A stretch of DNA of 63,856 bases, filler included. It is 5 parts of 5 records of this genome, joined end to end, with 100 filler letters (N's around TTAATTAATTAA, not from the genome) between each part and the next. Parts side by side here need not be neighbours in the genome. Positions count along the whole stretch, not along the records: positions 58,563 to 63,856 come from SRR22947727_6005; 4 more parts are not named here. One strand, 5' to 3'. Positions 59,330 through 63,856 of this stretch are shown piece after piece (the first letter of the stretch is position 1; each line of letters begins with the position of its first letter). The notes below the pieces were generated by a model. That model had not been told where the DNA came from. It did no database searches and saw nothing but the letters and a program-made list of their open reading frames with translations. The position numbers and the translations under genes are program-made.

Positions 59330-60253
59330 TTAGTCTAGACACCAGCGCATAATCGCTTTTTGCGCATGCAACCGGTTTTCAGCCTCATCGAAGACCACCG
59401 AATGCGGCCCATCCATGACAGAGCTGGTGACCTCTTCGTTGCGGTGTGCGGGCAAGCAATGCATGAAAAGAGCATCCGGCTTGGCCTGCGCCATCAACGC
59501 ATCATCAACCTGATAGGGGCGCAATTGATTGTGGCGCCGCTCGCGTGCGGTTTGGCTGTCGTGCATAGAGATCCAAGTGTCCGTCACCAACAGATCCGCG
59601 CCGCGCACCGCTTCGTTGACGTCCCGCTGGATCTCGATCTTCACACCTTTGGCCCGCGCCTTCTCAACAAATTCCGCCTCGGGATCCAGCGTCGCTGGGC
59701 CGGCAAAAACGAAATCAAAGCCAAATTGCCCGGCCGCATGGATGAAGCTTGCACAAACGTTGTTACCATCACCCGTCCAGACCACGCGCTTGCCCCGAAT
59801 AGAGCCGCGATGCTCTTCAAACGTCAAGATATCGGCCATGATTTGGCATGGATGGCTGCGGTTGGTCAGCCCATTGATCACCGGAACACTGGCATAATCG
59901 GCCATTTCCAGCAGGGTTGCCTCCTCAAAAGTGCGGATCATGATCATGTCCACATAGCGGCTCAAAACCCGCGCCGTATCCGCGATGGTTTCCCCATGGC
60001 CCAGCTGCATTTCGCTGCCGGACAAAACCATGGTCTGCCCACCCATCTGCCGCACGCCAAGATCAAAGCTCACGCGCGTGCGCGTGGATGGCTTTTCAAA
60101 AATCAACGCCACCATCTTGCCCTCAAGTGGCCGTTCAGCATCCAACATGCCTTTGGACAGGCCGGCACGCGCCGTCTTGATCCGCGCGGCCTCATCCAAA
60201 ATGCCACGCAAATTTTGGGGATCAACCTGATCAATATCGAGAAAATTCTGCAT
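59330..60253 (-). CDS. argF: Ornithine carbamoyltransferase
   Basis: [29 protein letters not shown]. Confidence 0.97.
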   Translation of the reverse strand: MQNFLDIDQVDPQNLRGILDEAARIKTARAGLSKGMLDAERPLEGKMVALIFEKPSTRTRVSFDLGVRQMGGQTMVLSGSEMQLGHGETIADTARVLSRYVDMIMIRTFEEATLLEMADYASVPVINGLTNRSHPCQIMADILTFEEHRGSIRGKRVVWTGDGNNVCASFIHAAGQFGFDFVFAGPATLDPEAEFVEKARAKGVKIEIQRDVNEAVRGADLLVTDTWISMHDSQTARERRHNQLRPYQVDDALMAQAKPDALFMHCLPAHRNEEVTSSVMDGPHSVVFDEAENRLHAQKAIMRWCLD

Positions 60254-60324
60254 CTTTAAACTGTCCTATAGGCTGGCGGCGTGCAGTGCTGCACCATCCG
60301 CCGAAATGTGAAAAGCCACGCTGG

Positions 60325-61503
60325 TCATTGCGCAGATTGAACCGTTTGCGCCGCCGTCTCCAACCGCTCCAGCGCCTGAGCAATCTCCGCGTTTGAAATA
60401 GTCAACGCCGGAAGCACACGCACGACGTTTTCGGCCGCAGGGACGGTCAACACCTCGCAGTCATATCCGGCTGTGACCACATCCATATTGCTCGCCTTGC
60501 ATTTCAGACCCAGCATCAACCCCGCGCCCGTCACGCCCGCAAACACATCAGTATATTGCGCGACCAACCCTTCAAGACCTTGGCGCAGCGCCCCAGATTT
60601 GCGGCTCACCTCTGCCAGAAATTCAGGAGCAGCCACCTCATCCAAGACAGCACTTGCCACCGCACAACCCAAGGGATTGCCACCATAGGTCGAGCCATGT
60701 GTCCCTGCCCCCATTCCGCTTGCAGCCTCTTCATTCGCCAAAACCGCCCCGATGGGGAAGCCCCCACCAAGACCCTTGGCCACCATCATAATATCGGGAT
60801 CAATCCCTGCCCACTCATGGGCAAACAACTTCCCTGTCCGTCCCACACCGCATTGCACCTCATCGAAAATCAGCAAGATCCCGTGGCTGTCACAAAAATC
60901 GCGCAGGCCTTTCAAACAATGATCCGGCACAGGGCGGATACCGCCCTCCCCCTGGATCGGCTCGATCAATATGGCGGCGGTCTTTTCATTGACTGCCGCA
61001 TGCAGCGCGTCGTGATCTGCAAATGGCAATTGCACGAAACCGGGCAGCAAGGGCCCAAAGCCTTTCGTCAGCTTCTCCGCACCAGCAGCTGCAATCCCTG
61101 CGGAGGAGCGCCCATGAAACGCCCCCTCAAATGCAATAATTTCCACGCGCTCTGGCTGACCCTTGTCATAGAAATATTTGCGCGCCATTTTCACGGCCAA
61201 TTCACAGGACTCCGTCCCAGAGTTGGTAAAAAACACGGTATCGGCAAAGGTCAGATCCACCAGCTGATCGGCGAGTTTTTGTTGCGCGGGAATATGATAC
61301 AAATTGGAGGTATGCCACAATTGACCCGCTTGCGCCGTCAGCGCCGCCACCAGTTTCGGATGCGCATGTCCCAGGCTGTTGACCGCAATCCCAGCGCCCA
61401 AATCCAAAAATCGCCGACCGTCATCGCCGGTCAACCAGCTGCCTGTGCCAGAGACAAACGAAAACGGAGCGCGATTATAGGTGGGCAGAATCGAAGGGAT
61501 CAT
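60325..61503 (-). CDS. argD: Acetylornithine aminotransferase
   Basis: GIAVNSLGH, NSGTE, FHGR, EPIQGEGG, DEVQCG, AKGLGGG, HGSTYGGN; upstream of argF. Confidence 0.93.
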   Translation of the reverse strand: MIPSILPTYNRAPFSFVSGTGSWLTGDDGRRFLDLGAGIAVNSLGHAHPKLVAALTAQAGQLWHTSNLYHIPAQQKLADQLVDLTFADTVFFTNSGTESCELAVKMARKYFYDKGQPERVEIIAFEGAFHGRSSAGIAAAGAEKLTKGFGPLLPGFVQLPFADHDALHAAVNEKTAAILIEPIQGEGGIRPVPDHCLKGLRDFCDSHGILLIFDEVQCGVGRTGKLFAHEWAGIDPDIMMVAKGLGGGFPIGAVLANEEAASGMGAGTHGSTYGGNPLGCAVASAVLDEVAAPEFLAEVSRKSGALRQGLEGLVAQYTDVFAGVTGAGLMLGLKCKASNMDVVTAGYDCEVLTVPAAENVVRVLPALTISNAEIAQALERLETAAQTVQSAQ

Positions 61504-61604
61504 CGGAAAGCCTTTCTAACGAGGAGGGAGTGAGAAAACCAAAATTGAGAAACACGCATGGGAGCGCAGAAACACAAGGGGCCGGCCGCGGTGCAGCGGT
61601 CATA

Positions 61605-61649
61605 TCAGCGACGTCGGCGTCGCAAGGTGATTTCAATCATCGTTTTCAT
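61605..61649 (-). CDS. Putative arginine-rich leader peptide (MKTMIEITLRRRRR) of argD-argF
   Basis: ATG AAA ACG ATG ATT GAA ATC ACC TTG CGA CGC CGA CGT CGC TGA, ending 101 nt before argD. Confidence 0.75.
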   Translation of the reverse strand: MKTMIEITLRRRRR

Positions 61650-61655
61650 GCCCTT

Positions 61656-61684
61656 ACCATACCAAAGCCCCCCGGCCATGAAAA
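61656..61684 (-). promoter_or_regulatory. Candidate promoter for leader-argD-argF
   Basis: TTTTCA, 17 bp, extended -10 TG-N-TATGGT; leader ATG begins after 6 nt. Confidence 0.55.
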
Positions 61685-61712
61685 GTCCAAATATCCGCTG
61701 CGGCAAATCCCT

Positions 61713-62516
61713 TTAAGATTTCAACCGATAGCCCCGCGCCAACCAAAACCAGGCCAGACCAACCGCACAGATATTGGCACCGCAAATCACGGCCAAAGCC
61801 ATCCATGGGCTGCCATCGGAAACCCCCAAAACACTGTAACGGCCGCCGTCGATGATATAGAACATCGGGTTCACATGGATCAGTGGCTGCATCATTGAGG
61901 GCAAAGCTTGGATCGAATAGAAGGTCCCCGACAAGAAGGCCAAGGGTGTGATCACAAAATTTGAAATCGCGGCCATCTGGTCAAACTTATAGGCATAGAT
62001 GCTGCCCAAAAGCCCCAGCGCGCCCATGAACATCCCGCCCAAAACCACAAAAGCCAATGTCCAAAGCGGGTGGGCAACCCAAATGCCGAGGCTCAGCCCC
62101 ATCGACAGACAGAGCACCGCACCAATCACCAATCCGCGACCAATTCCGCCCGCCAAGAATCCCACGGTCATCTCCAAAGGCGACAGGGGCGGCATCAGCG
62201 TGTCGACAATGGAGCCCATGACTTTCGCCGAAAGCATGGAAGAGGAGGTATTGGCAAAAGAATTTTGTATCACCGTCATCATCAACAAACCCGGTGCCAG
62301 AAAGCTGACATAATCAAACCCCATCACATCCGAGCGCCCCGGCCCGATGGCAATGGAAAAAACCAATAGAAACAAACCTGCAGTGATCAATGGCGCAAAA
62401 ATTGTCTGCTGCCAAATCGCCAAATAGCGCATATTTTCGCGGCGAATGAGCGTCCAAAGGCCCAGCCAATTGACCCGTCCAAAGCGTCTGACGCCGAATT
62501 GAGAAACATTTGCCAC
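61713..62516 (-). CDS. ABC-2 type transporter permease (YadH-like)
   Basis: QTIFAPLIT, FLAPGLLMM..IQNSFAN.SSS, PLAFLSGTFYS, NPMFYIIDG. Confidence 0.9.
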   Translation of the reverse strand: MANVSQFGVRRFGRVNWLGLWTLIRRENMRYLAIWQQTIFAPLITAGLFLLVFSIAIGPGRSDVMGFDYVSFLAPGLLMMTVIQNSFANTSSSMLSAKVMGSIVDTLMPPLSPLEMTVGFLAGGIGRGLVIGAVLCLSMGLSLGIWVAHPLWTLAFVVLGGMFMGALGLLGSIYAYKFDQMAAISNFVITPLAFLSGTFYSIQALPSMMQPLIHVNPMFYIIDGGRYSVLGVSDGSPWMALAVICGANICAVGLAWFWLARGYRLKS

Positions 62517-62620
62517 AGTTTATCTCCACTTGGGTGGTTGTCCTTAGCCTCAGTTGAGCCTAAAGTAGGACGCTGCATGGGTATCACCCGTTATTGCTAC
62601 GAAATTCAAGGGGGGGCGTG

Positions 62621-63190
62621 ATGTCCTGGACTGATGAACGCGTCGAAGTTCTGAAAAAAATGTGGGGCGAGGGTCAATCGGCCAGTGTGATCGCCAAGGA
62701 ATTGGGCGGCGTGACCCGCAATGCGGTGATCGGCAAAGTGCACCGTTTGGGCCTGTCCAACCGTGTGACCTCGACCACGGCCAAGCCGGCCGCCAAGGAA
62801 AAGGCCAAGACGCAGGCCAAGGCAAAGCCCGCCGCGCCCACAACACCAGCCGCGCCGCCACAACCGGCCGCGCCTGCGCCCGAAACCATGCGGGTCACCC
62901 CGCCGGCGGTGCGCAAGATCATTCCTGCCGGCCAGCCTCTGCCGCCGCAGCCTTCGGCCAATGAGATCAGCCCGGAAGCCCTGGCCAAGGTCAGTGAAGT
63001 GGAAAAGACCGCCAAGAAGATCAGCTTGATGGAATTGACCGAAAAAACCTGCAAATGGCCAGTCGGTGATCCGGCGACAGAGGATTTTTGGTTCTGCGGT
63101 CTGGCGGTGAAGGCCGGAAAACCCTATTGCGAAGCGCATGTCGGGGTGGCCTTCCAACCCATGTCCAGCCGCCGCGACCGCCGCCGGTAA
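62621..63190 (+). CDS. gcrA: Cell cycle regulator GcrA
   Basis: MSWTDERVE.LKKMW.EG.SAS.IA, VTRNAVIGKVHRLGL, CKWPVGDP, FCG, YCEAH. Confidence 0.95.
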   Translation: MSWTDERVEVLKKMWGEGQSASVIAKELGGVTRNAVIGKVHRLGLSNRVTSTTAKPAAKEKAKTQAKAKPAAPTTPAAPPQPAAPAPETMRVTPPAVRKIIPAGQPLPPQPSANEISPEALAKVSEVEKTAKKISLMELTEKTCKWPVGDPATEDFWFCGLAVKAGKPYCEAHVGVAFQPMSSRRDRRR

Positions 63191-63257
63191 GCCAGCCCGC
63201 TTGAAATCCCCCAGCCTCTTGACATTCTGAAAAGAAAATTTTGAGTGTGGGGATTGC

Positions 63258-63856
63258 GTGGAAATTGTTTTAAAGCTGTTGGATTGGAGCCTGCGCCAAA
63301 ACTGGGCGCTCGGCGGGCCGATTGTCTGTTTCATCGTTTTGATGTGCATACCGGCACTTCGCAACACCGCAGATAACCCAAGTGATCGCGCATATTGGCG
63401 TGATCTGCTGCGCCACGATCGCCCGGCGGAACGCTACCGTTCGGTGATGCGCCGAGGATTGGATTGGCTCGACTCCCGGCTCTCCGCCCATGAGGCGCCG
63501 CAAGGCCCGGCGCAAAGGGCTTGGAGCTTTGGCCTGCTCAACGCCACCATGGCCCTCGCCCTTGCCTATCCTATTGTGGCCATCACAATCCAATGGCTCT
63601 GGGGCTCTGCGATTGATTTTGGCGGTCAGGAGGTGATTGCCGTCAGCCCGTCACAGGCGCGGATATTTACCGCGGTCTGGCTCGGATCTTCGTTATTCTT
63701 TTACCTTTTTGCCGGAGCGTCAAAATCCCGGTGGCGCTGGCCACTGTTCATCCTAGCCACCGGGATTTTGCTCTTGGGACCAATTTACGCCGATCGCTTT
63801 GCTGTGCCAGGGAATGTCGCAAGCGTAGGCGCAGTCGCATTCGCAGGCGCAGTCGC
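63258..63856 (+). CDS. Multi-pass membrane protein (3' truncated; missing from ORF track)
   Basis: Read by hand: GTG start, MEIVLKLLDWSLRQNWALGG... open to window end, several TM segments, ends in AVAFAGAVA low-complexity repeats. Confidence 0.65.
   Translation, partial: MEIVLKLLDWSLRQNWALGGPIVCFIVLMCIPALRNTADNPSDRAYWRDLLRHDRPAERYRSVMRRGLDWLDSRLSAHEAPQGPAQRAWSFGLLNATMALALAYPIVAITIQWLWGSAIDFGGQEVIAVSPSQARIFTAVWLGSSLFFYLFAGASKSRWRWPLFILATGILLLGPIYADRFAVPGNVASVGAVAFAGAV

Noticed and set aside
59360-61533. Long plus-strand ORFs (299 and 325 aa) opposite argF and argD
   Set aside because: Mirror-frame artefacts of conserved genes; no recognisable protein features
61530-61898. 122-aa plus-strand ORF across the argD upstream region
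   Set aside because: Overlaps the ABC permease antisense and has no motif; the region is better explained by the minus-strand leader
62517-62620. CtrA box or GANTC site in the gcrA promoter
   Set aside because: No TTAA-N7-TTAA match and no GANTC in the interval
63270-63593. 107-aa minus-strand ORF after gcrA
   Set aside because: Antisense to the longer hydrophobic plus-strand frame starting at 63258, which looks more protein-like

Overview
This is not one genome. It is five unrelated contigs joined by artificial 100-nt linkers (44 N + TTAATTAATTAA + 44 N) at 16251-16350, 32968-33067, 49202-49301 and 58463-58562, consistent with an aquatic metagenome. (1) 1-16250: an actinobacterium (probably Microbacteriaceae). 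It holds the start of the dcw cluster (ftsI, ftsL-like, rsmH, mraZ, with the mraW RNA motif and MraZ boxes), DUF3040, a polyprenyl synthase, Rv2175c-like, a LysM hydrolase, a PASTA kinase, class II DAHP synthase, an acyltransferase, a ROK kinase, def, a MinD/ParA ATPase and pyc. (2) 16351-32967: marine Synechococcus core genes (class II and class I FBA, accD, pilD, prk, leuB, lpxD, proB, ruvX, DUF3727, DUF3685, partial Fur). (3) 33068-49201: a T4-like cyanomyovirus structural region (giant fibre-like protein, LamG protein, second fibre, gp13-gp16). (4) 49302-58462: a second actinobacterium with SAV_6107 HEPN-dnaE2-like-dinB, DUF3040, MaoC and RDD. (5) 58563-63856: a Rhodobacteraceae contig with argF, argD, an ABC permease and gcrA. 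The most interesting signal is an unannotated, apparently leaderless 14-aa leader peptide, MKTMIEITLRRRRR (61649-61605, minus strand), directly upstream of argD-argF and followed by a pyrimidine-rich spacer. It looks like an arginine-sensing ribosome-mediated attenuator. Also notable: a phage small gene boxed by a perfect sigma70 promoter, a T4 late promoter and a terminator carrying a late promoter in its loop, and an imuAB-less HEPN/DnaE2/DinB cassette. Taxonomic and family calls come from motif recognition and gene order, not database searches.
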